Notes under the pieces: model-generated
Seen by the model: the letters and a program-made list of their open reading frames with translations, nothing else
Told to the model about the DNA's origin: nothing
Databases searched by the model: none
From: an uncultured Intrasporangiaceae bacterium
GTDB taxonomy: Bacteria; Actinomycetota; Actinomycetes; Actinomycetales; Dermatophilaceae
DNA: 54,969 nucleotides
Direction: 5' to 3'
Assembly: GCA_964566985.1 (NCBI GenBank)
Contig: CAZMLG010000001.1
Coordinates: 1-54,969 of the forward strand
Translations under genes and position numbers: made by a program
Part shown: positions 1 to 9,750 of the stretch, piece after piece
Layout of the letters: each line of letters begins with the position of its first letter
Position numbering within the stretch: the stretch's first letter is position 1

Positions 1-2
1 AC

Positions 3-368
3 TACGGCTTCCATGCCCCGACGATGTCGTTCCCGGTCGCAGGCACCTTCATGGTCGAACCCACCGAGTCGGAGAGCCTGGAGGAACTGGACCGCTTCTG
101 CGACGCGATGATCGCGATCCGCGCCGAGATCCAGGAGGTCATCGACGGGTCGGTCGAGGCTGCGGACAGCGTGCTGCGCGGCGCCCCGCACACCGCCCAC
201 AGCCTGGCGGGGGAGTGGGACCACCCCTACACGCGGGCGCAGGCCGCCTATCCGGCGGGTGTCGACCCGCTGCGCAAGTATTGGCCGCCGGTCCGGCGCA
301 TCGACGGCGCCAAGGGAGACCGGAACCTGGTCTGCTCCTGCCCGCCGCCGGAGGCCTTCGAGAACTGA
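3..368 (+). CDS. gcvP: Glycine dehydrogenase (glycine cleavage P protein), C-terminal part only; truncated by the window edge
   Basis: [32 protein letters not shown]...[17 protein letters not shown] is the typical GcvP C-terminus. Confidence 0.95.
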   Translation, partial: YGFHAPTMSFPVAGTFMVEPTESESLEELDRFCDAMIAIRAEIQEVIDGSVEAADSVLRGAPHTAHSLAGEWDHPYTRAQAAYPAGVDPLRKYWPPVRRIDGAKGDRNLVCSCPPPEAFEN

Positions 369-380
369 GGTCGGCCCGCG

Positions 381-1598
381 TCAGTCGCGCAGGGTGGCGA
401 GGTAGCCGCCGATGCGGTCGAGGGCTTCGGTGAGGTCCTCGACCGACGGCAGCGTGACGAGTCGGAAGTGGTCGGTCTCCTCCCAGTTGAACCCGGTGCC
501 GTGGGTGATGAGGATCTTGGTCTCGCGCAACAGGTCGAGGGCGAACTGCTGGTCGTCCTCGACCTTGTAGACCTCGGGCTCGAGACGCGGGAAGCAGTAG
601 AGGGCGCCCTTCGGCTTCACACACGAGATGCCCGGTATCGCGGTCAACATCCGGTGGGCGACATCGCGTTGCTCGAGCAGGCGGCCGCCGGGCAGGATGA
701 GATCCTCGATGGACTGATGCCCGCCGAGGGCCGTCTGGATCGCGTGCTGGGCCGGCACGTTGGCGCACATCCGCATGTTGGACAGGAGCCGCAGCCCCTC
801 CAGGAAGTCCGTGGCTCGGTGTCTGGGCCCGGTCACGGCAACCCATCCGCTGCGGAAGCCGGCGACACGGTAGGCCTTCGACAGACCGCTGAAGGTCAGG
901 CAGAGCACGTCGTCGCCGGCGAAGGACGCGGTGTGGTGGTGCACCGCGTCGTCGTAGAGGATCTTCTCGTAGATCTCATCCGACATGAGGACGAGATCGT
1001 GCCGACGGGCGATGTCGGTGAGCGCCCGGATCGTCTCGGGTGAATACACTGCGCCGGTCGGGTTGTTGGGATTGATCAACACCAGGGCCCGGGTGCGGTC
1101 GGTGATCTTCGACTCGATGTCGGCCAGGTCGGGGTTCCAGTCGGCTGCCTCGTCGCATCGATAGTGCGTCGGGATACCGCCGGCCAGGGTGACCGCGCCG
1201 GTCCACAACGGGTAGTCGGGGGCGGGCACGAGGATCTCGTCACCGTTGTCCACGAAGGCCTGCAGCACCAGTGAGATCATCTCGCTGACGCCGTTGCCGA
1301 TGTAGACGTCGTCGACCTTCACATCGGTCAGGCCACGGCTTTGGTAGTAGTGCGCCACCGCGGTGCGGGCCGAGAAGATCCCGCGCGAGTCGCTGTACCC
1401 CTGCGCATGCGGCAGATGGTGGACCATGTCCTGCAGGATCGCCTCGGGCGCCTCGAACCCGAACGGGGCGGGGTTGCCGATGTTGAGCTTGAGGATGCGG
1501 TGGCCCTCCGCCTCGAGGCGCTCCGCCTCGACGAGGATCGGGCCGCGCACGTCGTAGCGGACGTTCTTCAGTTTGTGAGACTGCTTGATGGGGCGCAC
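381..1598 (-). CDS. alaA: PLP-dependent class I aminotransferase (AlaA/YfbQ type)
   Basis: KLKNVRYDVRGP, LNIGNPAPFGF, NPNNPTG, SDEIY and the PLP-lysine motif SGLSKAYRVAGFRSGW. Confidence 0.88.
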   Translation of the reverse strand: MRPIKQSHKLKNVRYDVRGPILVEAERLEAEGHRILKLNIGNPAPFGFEAPEAILQDMVHHLPHAQGYSDSRGIFSARTAVAHYYQSRGLTDVKVDDVYIGNGVSEMISLVLQAFVDNGDEILVPAPDYPLWTGAVTLAGGIPTHYRCDEAADWNPDLADIESKITDRTRALVLINPNNPTGAVYSPETIRALTDIARRHDLVLMSDEIYEKILYDDAVHHHTASFAGDDVLCLTFSGLSKAYRVAGFRSGWVAVTGPRHRATDFLEGLRLLSNMRMCANVPAQHAIQTALGGHQSIEDLILPGGRLLEQRDVAHRMLTAIPGISCVKPKGALYCFPRLEPEVYKVEDDQQFALDLLRETKILITHGTGFNWEETDHFRLVTLPSVEDLTEALDRIGGYLATLRD

Positions 1599-1669
1599 GG
1601 GTCAAGGTTCCCACAACGGCGGCGCCGCGTATCGTGCCAGCCGCCGGTGTGTCACGAAGGGAGACGTTC

Positions 1670-2911
1670 ATGGACCTGGTCACCACACAGTTGCGGCAGA
1701 TCCACGAGGCGACCGAGACGGAGATGAGCGGGCGCGTGAGCACCTACCTGCCCGGTCTGGCCGCCGCAGACCCTCGCCTGTTCGGGATCGCGGTGGCCAG
1801 CCTGGACGGCAACGTCTATACCGCAGGCGACGCGCGGGAGTGTTTCACGATCCAATCGGTGTCCAAACCGTTCGTCTTCGCCCTGGCCCTCGCCGAACTC
1901 GGGCTCGACGCCGTCCTGGCGCGGGTCGGTACCGAGCCGAGTGGGGAGGCGTTCAACTCGATCAGCCTGGAACACGACACCGGCCGTCCCGACAACCCGA
2001 TGGTCAACGCGGGCGCGATCGTCACCTCGTCGCTGGTGTCCGGAGATCCCGCCGAGAAATGGGAGCGGATCCGGCGGGTGCTCTCCGCGTTCGCCGGGCG
2101 TCGGCTCGAGGTGGACGAGCAGATGTATCGGGCGGAGAGCGAGCACGGGGACCGCAACCGCGCCCTGGCCTACCTGATGCGCAGCGCCGGATCCCTGGTC
2201 GGTGACGCGGATGCGATCGCCGAGGTCTACTTCCGTCAGTGCTCCCTGGTGGTCGACTGCGTCGACCTGGCGATGATGGCGGCGACGCTGGGCAACGGCG
2301 GCGTGAACCCGGCGACCGGAAAGCAAGTCGTCCCCGGCCAGGTCGCCGAGCATGTGTTGACCGTGATGGCCACTTGCGGGATGTACGACTACGCGGGGGA
2401 GTGGATGTTGCGTGTCGGCCTGCCCGCCAAGAGCGGGATCTCCGGCTGCCTCGCCGTGTCGAGTCCGGCGCAACTCGGCCTGGCCGCATACAGTCCGCGC
2501 CTGGACCATCGCGGCAATTCGGTGCGGGCCATCGCCGCCGCCGAAGAGATCTCGCAACGCTTCGAGCTGCACCTGATGCACGACCTGGGGTTGTCGGCGC
2601 CCACCGTCTTCCATTCGACCGACCGCGCGGGGACCACGCTGCTGCGGCTCCAGGGCGAGATCGAGTTCGCGGCGGCCGAAAAGGTGCTCGCCGCGCTGAC
2701 CGACGTGCCTGAGTCCACCCGACGCTTGGTCGTCGACGTCAGCCACGTGACCCGACTGCAGCATCTGGCGGCGTTGATGATCGATGCTCGACTCTCCGAT
2801 CGGCGGCAGGACGGCGTCGAGGTCGTGGTCACCGACGCCTCGGATCGCCGGCTGCTGCGCGCTGCCGATCGGATGGCGACCCAGTTCCGTGCGGAGCTCG
2901 GCTCTGCGTGA
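1670..2911 (+). CDS. glsA: Glutaminase A with C-terminal STAS-like domain
   Basis: FTIQSVSKPF, EPSGEAFN, NPMVNAGAI, GMYD and PAKSG motifs; AAGGGAG RBS before ATG 1670; the C-terminal LQGEIEFAAAE...VVDVSHV segment is STAS-like. Confidence 0.9.
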   Translation: MDLVTTQLRQIHEATETEMSGRVSTYLPGLAAADPRLFGIAVASLDGNVYTAGDARECFTIQSVSKPFVFALALAELGLDAVLARVGTEPSGEAFNSISLEHDTGRPDNPMVNAGAIVTSSLVSGDPAEKWERIRRVLSAFAGRRLEVDEQMYRAESEHGDRNRALAYLMRSAGSLVGDADAIAEVYFRQCSLVVDCVDLAMMAATLGNGGVNPATGKQVVPGQVAEHVLTVMATCGMYDYAGEWMLRVGLPAKSGISGCLAVSSPAQLGLAAYSPRLDHRGNSVRAIAAAEEISQRFELHLMHDLGLSAPTVFHSTDRAGTTLLRLQGEIEFAAAEKVLAALTDVPESTRRLVVDVSHVTRLQHLAALMIDARLSDRRQDGVEVVVTDASDRRLLRAADRMATQFRAELGSA

Positions 2912-2955
2912 CGATGCATGGTCCCTCGGGTCAGGTGTTCCGCGTCCTGCATACC

Positions 2956-2990
2956 CTTGTCGGTGCCCCGGACTTGTCGGTGCCCCGGAC
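2956..2990. repeat. 17-bp direct tandem repeat (CTTGTCGGTGCCCCGGA x2)
   Basis: Exact duplication seen at 2956-2972 and 2973-2989. Confidence 0.8.
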
Positions 2991-3005
2991 CCGGAGTAGG
3001 CGGGT

Positions 3006-3085
3006 CGCGTCATATCTGCCGCGCTCTGCCTACCCGTGACGAGGTCGCCAACCGCCGGCAGGCAAACCGCGGCGGATATGACGCG
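3006..3085. repeat. 80-bp REP/MITE-like inverted repeat between convergent glsA and sbcC; possible bidirectional terminator
   Basis: CGCGTCATATCTGCCGCG (3006-3023) pairs with CGCGGCGGATATGACGCG (3068-3085), with one G-U wobble. Confidence 0.7.
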
Positions 3086-3108
3086 CTTTGCCTGCTCACG
3101 CGCGGGAC

Positions 3109-6100
3109 TCAGGCGGCGTCGGGCTGCGGGCGCACGACGTCGATGGTCGAGCCGTTCGAGGTCTTGCGCACATGGATCTGTGCCGGGATGCGGTCGTGCA
3201 ACTCGCGCACGTGGCTGACGATCCCGACCGACCGTCCTCCGGCTCGCAGGCCGTCGAGGACCTCCATCACCTGTTCGAGACTCGTCTCATCCAGGCTCCC
3301 GAACCCCTCGTCGACGAAGAGGGTCTGCAGGGCGCGCCCGCCCGAGGTCTGCAGCACGGCTTCCCCGAGCCCGAGCGCCAGAGCAAGGGACGCCATGAAG
3401 GACTCGCCGCCCGACAGCGTCGCAGTGTCTCGGGTGGCACCGGTCCAGGCGTCACGCACGCGCAGTCCGAGCCCGCTCTTGGCGCCTCGGCGGGCGAGGG
3501 CGTCGGAGTGCTCCAGACTGAACCGGCCGGCGGTCATCACATGCAGCTTCTCGTTGGCGAGCGCGGTGACGGTCTCCAGACGGGCCGCCAGCACGTAGGA
3601 GGTCAAGCGCATCCGTAGCCGGTTGTCGCCGTCGCCGGTCACGAGGTCGGTCAACGGATCGATCGTGGCCAGCTCGGCACGGACCGGTGCGCTCTGCTCG
3701 AGCGTCGCGGTCACCCGGGCCTGCAAGGTCTGCAGGCTCTGTTGGGCGCGCTCGATGGCGGTCTGGCGCGTTCGCGCCTGCGTGGCCGCACGGTTCGCCT
3801 CGGCGACGGCGGCCTGCAGCGCGTCGAGATCCGGTGGCGAGGCTGCCAGCGCCTCGGCGATCTGCGGGAGGTCGAGCACGCCGCGGGCCGCCGCGTGTTC
3901 TTCCCGGGCGGCCTCGAGGGCCGACTGCAGTTGCACCTGCTCCTCCCCGTCGAGCAAGGCCCCTCGTGCGGCATCCGCGGACGCGAAACCGTGGTCGCGC
4001 AGCGACTCGTCCAGGTCGGCGCGCGACCGCTCGGCCTCGGCCCGCGCCGTGTCCCGTGCCTCACGCGCGCGGTCGAGCTCGACGACGAGCCGTTCGGTCT
4101 CGGCGTGGTCGCGTCGGACGTCGTCGAGTGCGCGCACCCGTGCGGGGTCGGTCGGTGGGCAGGCGCACCGCCCGGCGTGATCCGCCACGGCCTCGACGAG
4201 TCGTCGTTCGCAGTCGGCCAGATCCGCGCGGCTCGACTCGAGCGCCGTGACGGCGGCGGCATGCTCCTCGCGAGCCCGCGCGTGCAGCTCGTCGAGGTCG
4301 GCGGCGGAGGTCTGCAGCTCCTCGACGTGCGCGGCGGTGCGCTCGCGCGTGGCCGCCGCGTCCTTGGCCGCGGTCAGGCGGTCGCCGGCCTCGTTGCGCA
4401 GGGCGCGCAGATGACCGGCCGCCGCGTCGGGGTCGTCGGGGGACTCGACCAGGCTGGCGAGATCGGCGTCGGTGACCGCGGACCAGGCGGCGTCGAAGGC
4501 ACTCTCTGCGCCGTCTGCACGGGCACGTGCAGCGGCCTCGTCGCTGCGTGCCCGCGTCAAGGCGTCCGACGCCGCACGGCCGGCCGACTCGGCCCGCTCG
4601 AGGTCGTCGGGCCCGACGCTGTCGGCGTCGGGGGAGGCGGGGGAGGGATGGGCGGTCGATCCGCAGACGGCGCAAGGCGACCCGTCGGCGAGGTCGACGG
4701 CGAGTTCAGCTGCGATGCCCTCCAGACGGCGGCGTCGCAGGGAAACGGTGCGCTCCTCGGCCGCGGCGAACTCGCGGGTCCTGGCCTGGGCTTCGCGACG
4801 GGCTCGCCGGTGCTCGGCACGTGCCCGGTCGAGGTCCTCGAGTGCGCTCAGTGCGGCGTCGATCGCGTCGATCCGGCGGGTCGCCTCGGGCAGATCGGCG
4901 GCCGAGGCCTCGGCCGCCCGAAGTGTCTCGGCCTGCCGGTCGAGGTCGTGCCGGATCTGTGCCGCGTGGGTGCTCGATGCCTCGAGGTCGGCGTCGATCG
5001 CGCAGACCCGTTCGGCCTGCGTGTCGATGGTGCTGCGCAGCGCCTGTGCGCGTCGGCCGATCGGCGCCGCGCCGTGCAGGATCGTTGTCCCGTCGGTGAA
5101 CCGGTCGCGCAGCGACGTGACGTCGGGCGCCCCATTGTCCTCGACCACACCGCTTCCGCGGGCCGCCTCGAGTGCGGCGTCGTAGGCGGCGTCGGCCTGG
5201 GTCATCGCCACTCGACGCCGGTCGTGAGCGACACGGTAGGGCGCGACGCGGTCTGCCGCTCTCGCGCGATCGAGGCGGGTTCGATCCGCGTCGCGCTCGG
5301 GGGCCGACTCGGCATACCGGTCGAGGGCGGCCCGGGCGGCCGCCGCCTGTGCCTGCAGCCGGGTCGTCGTCTCCGCAGTGGTGAGCGCCTCACGGGCCTC
5401 GTCGCGATGCAGGGCCGCCCGATCGGCCTCGGCCATGACCGTGGTGGCCACCTCGTCGAGGGTGGCGGCGGCATCGGAGACCTTGCCGGGGAGGTGCACG
5501 GGGTCACCGGCGTGCCATTGGTCGTAGTCGATGCCGAGGTCGACGGCGCACACGGCTTCTTCGGCACGGGCCAGGTCGGCGTGCACCCGTTGGTCGAACT
5601 CGTCCGCCGTGGCGTGCAGCCGGCGGCGATGGCGGACGAGGTAGTCCTCGACGTCCCCGAACCGTGCGATGTCGAACAGCTTGCGCAGGACCTCGCCGCG
5701 TTCCTCGGGTTTGGCCCGCAGGAAGTGCGCGAACTCGCCCTGGGGGAGCAACACGACCTGGGCGAACTGGTCGAGGTGCATCCCGAGCAGGTCGTGGATC
5801 ACGTCCCCCGCCTCGTCGAGGCGTGTCGCGATCGCCGCCCATTCACCGTCCCGGTGCTCTTGGAGAACGACGCGGGCCTGACGCCTGGTGACCCCGGATC
5901 CGCGCTTCTTGGGTGCGGTGTGCTCGGGCGAGCGTTCGATGCGCATCCGGCGTCGGGCCACGGTGAATTCCAGGCGTACGGAAGGTCGCACCCCCTCGGC
6001 GGCATGGTCGCTGACCAAGGTCTCGCGCTGGCCGGTGCGCGCGCCCGGGATCCGGCCGTAGAGCGCGAAGCAGAGCGCATCGAGGATGCTGGTCTTGCCG

Positions 6101-6216
6101 GCTCCCGTGGCGCCGTGGATCAGGTGCAGGCCGTGGGCGCCGAGGGCGTCGAAGTCGACGGACTCCGCGCCGCCGTAGGGGCCGAAGGCCTGCAGGTCGA
6201 GGCGATGGAGCTTCAT
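3109..6216 (-). CDS. sbcC: SbcC, SMC-like ATPase subunit of the SbcCD nuclease
   Basis: Walker A GATGAGKT, Q-loop LPQGEF, long coiled coil, zinc hook CAVC, signature LSGGE, Walker B FVDEGFG; overlaps the sbcD stop. Confidence 0.93.
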   Translation of the reverse strand: MKLHRLDLQAFGPYGGAESVDFDALGAHGLHLIHGATGAGKTSILDALCFALYGRIPGARTGQRETLVSDHAAEGVRPSVRLEFTVARRRMRIERSPEHTAPKKRGSGVTRRQARVVLQEHRDGEWAAIATRLDEAGDVIHDLLGMHLDQFAQVVLLPQGEFAHFLRAKPEERGEVLRKLFDIARFGDVEDYLVRHRRRLHATADEFDQRVHADLARAEEAVCAVDLGIDYDQWHAGDPVHLPGKVSDAAATLDEVATTVMAEADRAALHRDEAREALTTAETTTRLQAQAAAARAALDRYAESAPERDADRTRLDRARAADRVAPYRVAHDRRRVAMTQADAAYDAALEAARGSGVVEDNGAPDVTSLRDRFTDGTTILHGAAPIGRRAQALRSTIDTQAERVCAIDADLEASSTHAAQIRHDLDRQAETLRAAEASAADLPEATRRIDAIDAALSALEDLDRARAEHRRARREAQARTREFAAAEERTVSLRRRRLEGIAAELAVDLADGSPCAVCGSTAHPSPASPDADSVGPDDLERAESAGRAASDALTRARSDEAAARARADGAESAFDAAWSAVTDADLASLVESPDDPDAAAGHLRALRNEAGDRLTAAKDAAATRERTAAHVEELQTSAADLDELHARAREEHAAAVTALESSRADLADCERRLVEAVADHAGRCACPPTDPARVRALDDVRRDHAETERLVVELDRAREARDTARAEAERSRADLDESLRDHGFASADAARGALLDGEEQVQLQSALEAAREEHAAARGVLDLPQIAEALAASPPDLDALQAAVAEANRAATQARTRQTAIERAQQSLQTLQARVTATLEQSAPVRAELATIDPLTDLVTGDGDNRLRMRLTSYVLAARLETVTALANEKLHVMTAGRFSLEHSDALARRGAKSGLGLRVRDAWTGATRDTATLSGGESFMASLALALGLGEAVLQTSGGRALQTLFVDEGFGSLDETSLEQVMEVLDGLRAGGRSVGIVSHVRELHDRIPAQIHVRKTSNGSTIDVVRPQPDAA

Positions 6217-7388
6217 GCCGGCTCCGCCGTCGTCGCCCGGACGTGCCCCTCGTCGTCGGCCCTCGCCCGCTCCACGCGCGCCCCGTCGAGGGCATCCGTC
6301 AGAGCGGCGCGCTCCGTGTCGGTGGTGGGATGCCCGCCCCGGACGTGCTCGAGGAAGTCACAGCACAGGTCGAGGTCGGACTTGTCCCGGGTGCGGCGCG
6401 CGTAGCTGAATTCGTCGAGTCGGCCTGCCGGCTGGTCGAAGTCGAGCACGAGCGTGTGCGGGAACCGCCGCCGGACGCGCTCCATCGCGCCGAGCGGCCG
6501 CGTGTCGTCGGTGAGGGTGACCTGGCACCACGACCCCTCGGCGTCGGCGAGGTCGGGGTCCTGCAGCAGATCCTCGAGCTCACCTCGCAGTCGGGCCAGC
6601 GGGCGCTGCACGGGAGCCTCGACCGTCTCGCAATGCACCTCACCGTCCGCCGCCAGATCGACCAGGAGGCTGCCCTTGACATGGTCGGTCTCACTGAAGG
6701 ACATCGCGACCGGGGATCCGCTGTAGCGGATGCGGTCGGTCAGGCGCTGGGCACCGTGCAGGTGGCCGAGGGCGACGTAGTCCGCACCGTCGAAGACGTC
6801 GGACGGCACGGCGCCGACCCCGCCGACGCTGATGTCACGCTCGGAATCGCAGCCGGTCGCCCCGGTGACGAAGGCGTGCGCCATCACCACCGCCGGGGTG
6901 CGGTGGCGCTCCGCGTCGGACCGGACCCGACGCATCGCCGCACGCAGCAGTCCCGCGTGGGTCGCTTCGCGCGCGTCCAGGGGGAGCGCGGCCAGGGCCG
7001 GCTCGAGATAGGGCAGGGGATAGACCAGCGCCGTGCCCAGGTCGACCGGGCGCCCGACGGTGTCGAGGCCCGTGCGGATGTGGACGCCGGCGGCCTCCAT
7101 GATCCGTGAGCCGAACCCCAACCGGACCGCCGAGTCGTGGTTGCCGCTGGAGAGCACCACCCGGCTGCCGGCGTCGATCAGCCGGGAGAGCGTCTCGTCG
7201 AGCAGCGCGACCGTGTCGGGGGCCGGCAGCGCACGGTCGTAGACGTCGCCGGACACCAGCACGGCGTCGACGTCTTCGCGGCGCACCGTCTCCACCAGGT
7301 GGTCGAGATAGGCCGCCTGGGCGTCGAGCAACCCGACGCCGTGGAAACCTCGCCCCAGGTGCCAGTCGGACGTGTGCAACAACCGCAT
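6213..7388 (-). CDS. sbcD: SbcD nuclease subunit (metallophosphoesterase)
   Basis: HTSDWHLG, GDVYD, GNHD, ALGHLH and YSGSP motifs. Confidence 0.95.
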   Translation of the reverse strand: MRLLHTSDWHLGRGFHGVGLLDAQAAYLDHLVETVRREDVDAVLVSGDVYDRALPAPDTVALLDETLSRLIDAGSRVVLSSGNHDSAVRLGFGSRIMEAAGVHIRTGLDTVGRPVDLGTALVYPLPYLEPALAALPLDAREATHAGLLRAAMRRVRSDAERHRTPAVVMAHAFVTGATGCDSERDISVGGVGAVPSDVFDGADYVALGHLHGAQRLTDRIRYSGSPVAMSFSETDHVKGSLLVDLAADGEVHCETVEAPVQRPLARLRGELEDLLQDPDLADAEGSWCQVTLTDDTRPLGAMERVRRRFPHTLVLDFDQPAGRLDEFSYARRTRDKSDLDLCCDFLEHVRGGHPTTDTERAALTDALDGARVERARADDEGHVRATTAEPA

Positions 7389-7394
7389 GCCCGC

Positions 7395-7417
7395 AGACTA
7401 GAAGACCCCACCGACAA
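7395..7417 (-). promoter_or_regulatory. PafBC-dependent (RecA-NDp) DNA-damage promoter of leaderless sbcDC
   Basis: The minus strand reads TTGTCGG-tggggtcttc(N10)-TAGTCT-N6-ATG, an exact fit to TGTCGG-N10-TANNNT. Confidence 0.8.
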
Positions 7418-7491
7418 CCTCCCTGAGGCGAAACGGCGCGCCGCGAGCCCGTGATCCGTAAGGTGTGGAACAGGTCGAAGGAGGCGTCGTC

Positions 7492-8973
7492 ATGGGCGAA
7501 GACATTGTCGGGACGTCATACAGTCGCGAGCAGCGCCAGCAGTATCGCGAGAAGGTCCGCCAGGACCTCGATGTCTTCGAACGGATGCTCGCAACCCACG
7601 GGTTCGAGTTCGATCGCCAGCTGACCGGGATGGAGATCGAACTCAATCTCGTCGACGAGGATCTCGAGCCCACGATGAACAACGCGGCCGTCCTGGAGAG
7701 CATCGCCGACTCCGACTACCAGACCGAACTGGGCCAGTACAACATCGAACTCAATGTGAGCCCGCGACCCATGCCGGGGGACTCTGCGCTGACCCTGGAG
7801 GACGACCTGCGTGCGAGCTTGAACCGCGCCGAGAAGCGGGCCGGGGACGCCGGAGCGCACCTGTGTCAGATCGGGGTCCTTCCGACCCTCATGCCCGAAC
7901 ACTTCAGCACGGAGTGGATGAGCGCGAACGACCGGTATGCCGCGTTGAACGAGGCGATCTTCGCCTCCCGCCGGGAGGACCTCTTCATCGACATCGAGGG
8001 ACAGACCGGCGAGCGCCTGGCCATGTATGCCGACTCGATCGCTCCCGAGTCCGCGTGCACCAGCGTGCAACTGCACCTGCAGGTGCAGCCGCTGATGTTC
8101 GCCAGCCATTGGAACGCCGCCCAGGCGCTCAGCGGTCTGCAACTGGCGGTCGGGGCCAACTCGCCCTACTTCTTCGGCAAGCAGCTGTGGCACGAGAACC
8201 GGGTGGAGGTCTTCACCCAGGCCACGGACACGCGCTCGATCGAACTGCAGAATCAAGGGGTGCGCCCGCGGGTGTGGTTCGGCGAGCGATGGATCACCTC
8301 GATCTTCGACCTGTTCGAGGAGAACGTGCGCTATTTCCCCGCGCTGCTGCCCATCAGCACCGACGAGGACCCGGTGGCCGTCTTCGAGGCGGGGCAGGCC
8401 CCGAAACTGGCGGAGTTGCGCCTGCACAACGGCACGGTCTACCGCTGGAACCGACCGATCTACGACATCGTGGAGGGGCGTCCGCACCTTCGGGTGGAGA
8501 ACCGCGTCCTGCCTGCCGGCCCGACGATCCTCGACACGATGGCCAACTCGGCCTTCTACTACGGCGTCGTGCGGATGCTCGCCGAGGACGACCGGCCGGT
8601 GTGGACGCGCATGAGCTTCGCCGCGGCGGAGTCGAACTTCCGTGCTTGCGCCCGCAAGGGGATCGAGTCGACGGTCTATTGGCCCGGATTCGGGGAGGTG
8701 CCGGCCGACGAACTGGTGCTGCGCCATCTGCTCCCGCTCGCGCACGAAGGGTTGAGCCGGTGGGGCGTCGCCCAAGAGGTGCGGGACCGCTACCTCGGCA
8801 CGCTGGAGGAGCGCTGCCGGCGCGGGGTCAACGGAGCGTCATGGCAGATCGCGTGCGTCGACGCGCTCGAGGCGAAGGGCAAGGATCGGCGAGAAGCACT
8901 GCGAGGCATGCTGCGTCGCTACCTGGAGGGAATGCACTCCAACGAACCGGTGCACACCTGGCCGCTCCCATAA
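7492..8973 (+). CDS. Glutamate--cysteine ligase family protein (actinobacterial GCS2-like)
   Basis: GMEIELNL, ESACTSVQLHLQV, ANSP, NGTVYRWNRP and RVENRVLPAGPT motifs; AAGGAGG RBS before ATG 7492. Confidence 0.85.
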   Translation: MGEDIVGTSYSREQRQQYREKVRQDLDVFERMLATHGFEFDRQLTGMEIELNLVDEDLEPTMNNAAVLESIADSDYQTELGQYNIELNVSPRPMPGDSALTLEDDLRASLNRAEKRAGDAGAHLCQIGVLPTLMPEHFSTEWMSANDRYAALNEAIFASRREDLFIDIEGQTGERLAMYADSIAPESACTSVQLHLQVQPLMFASHWNAAQALSGLQLAVGANSPYFFGKQLWHENRVEVFTQATDTRSIELQNQGVRPRVWFGERWITSIFDLFEENVRYFPALLPISTDEDPVAVFEAGQAPKLAELRLHNGTVYRWNRPIYDIVEGRPHLRVENRVLPAGPTILDTMANSAFYYGVVRMLAEDDRPVWTRMSFAAAESNFRACARKGIESTVYWPGFGEVPADELVLRHLLPLAHEGLSRWGVAQEVRDRYLGTLEERCRRGVNGASWQIACVDALEAKGKDRREALRGMLRRYLEGMHSNEPVHTWPLP

Positions 8974-8976
8974 AAG

Positions 8977-9059
8977 TCACCCCACGAGGTTCTCCGCTCC
9001 TTCGTCGCTGCGATACCTCGCGGGGACCCCGACGAATCACCCCACGAGGTTCTCCGCTC
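8977..9059. repeat. REP-like palindromic element plus a partial second copy (60-bp period) between convergent genes
   Basis: TCACCCCACGAGGTTCTCCGCTC occurs at 8977 and 9037; stem CCCCACGAGGT/ACCTCGCGGGG spans 8980-9025. Confidence 0.8.
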
Positions 9060-9666
9060 AGTCGCGGGTCTGCCGGTTCCACACATTGACGCACGGCCGG
9101 CCGTGATAGAAGCTCAGCAGGCACACGGCGCCCGCGTCGAGCATGAGTTTGGCGCCGAATCGCGGCTCTTCGCGCAGGAACACCGACGCGAGGATGCGCA
9201 GCGAATGACCGTGGGCGACGAGGGCGACGTGCCCGCGGTCGAGGAGCGGCACGGCCCGCGCGATGACGTGACTCACCCGCGCCGCGACGTCCTCCACCGT
9301 TTCGCCCGGGGTGTCGCCGGACACGACGCCGTCCTGGAAGATCTCCCATTCGTGACCCAACTGCTCACGGATCTGCGGCGTGCTGAGCCCCTCGTAGCCT
9401 CCGTAATCCCATTCGCGCAGATCGTCGTCGATCACGGGGTCGGACAACCCGGCCAGTTCTGCCGTACGACGCGCCCGCTGCATCGGGGAGCAGAAGACGC
9501 CGGCGAACGGCATACCGTCGATCAGTTCGCCCGCCCGGCGCGCACAGGCCTCGCCCTCGGGCACGAGCGGCAGATCGGTGGTGCCCGTATGCCGTCCGTC
9601 CCGCGACCACGCGGTCTCGCCGTGGCGGATGAGGACGAGGCTGTTGCGGTGTCGGTGGAGAGTCAC
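9058..9666 (-). CDS. Histidine phosphatase (phosphoglycerate mutase-like) family protein
   Basis: LIRHGET, CSPMQRARRTA, LREWDYG and VAHG motifs; GTG start preceded by a TAGCGT -10 box (leaderless). Confidence 0.88.
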   Translation of the reverse strand: MTLHRHRNSLVLIRHGETAWSRDGRHTGTTDLPLVPEGEACARRAGELIDGMPFAGVFCSPMQRARRTAELAGLSDPVIDDDLREWDYGGYEGLSTPQIREQLGHEWEIFQDGVVSGDTPGETVEDVAARVSHVIARAVPLLDRGHVALVAHGHSLRILASVFLREEPRFGAKLMLDAGAVCLLSFYHGRPCVNVWNRQTRD

Positions 9667-9750
9667 GGCGACCACGCTATCCGTTCGGGACGTCGCCCCG
9701 GCACGTGGTGTCGGGCCGATCGGCGGGAGCGATTCTGGCAGTCTGGTGGT

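Noticed and set aside
2956-2990. PafBC promoter in the TTGTCGGTG duplication
   Set aside because: No TANNNT at the required 10-nt spacing and no downstream gene on that strand
3742-6405. 887-aa plus-strand ORF
   Set aside because: Antisense shadow of sbcC caused by high-GC codon bias; no recognisable motifs
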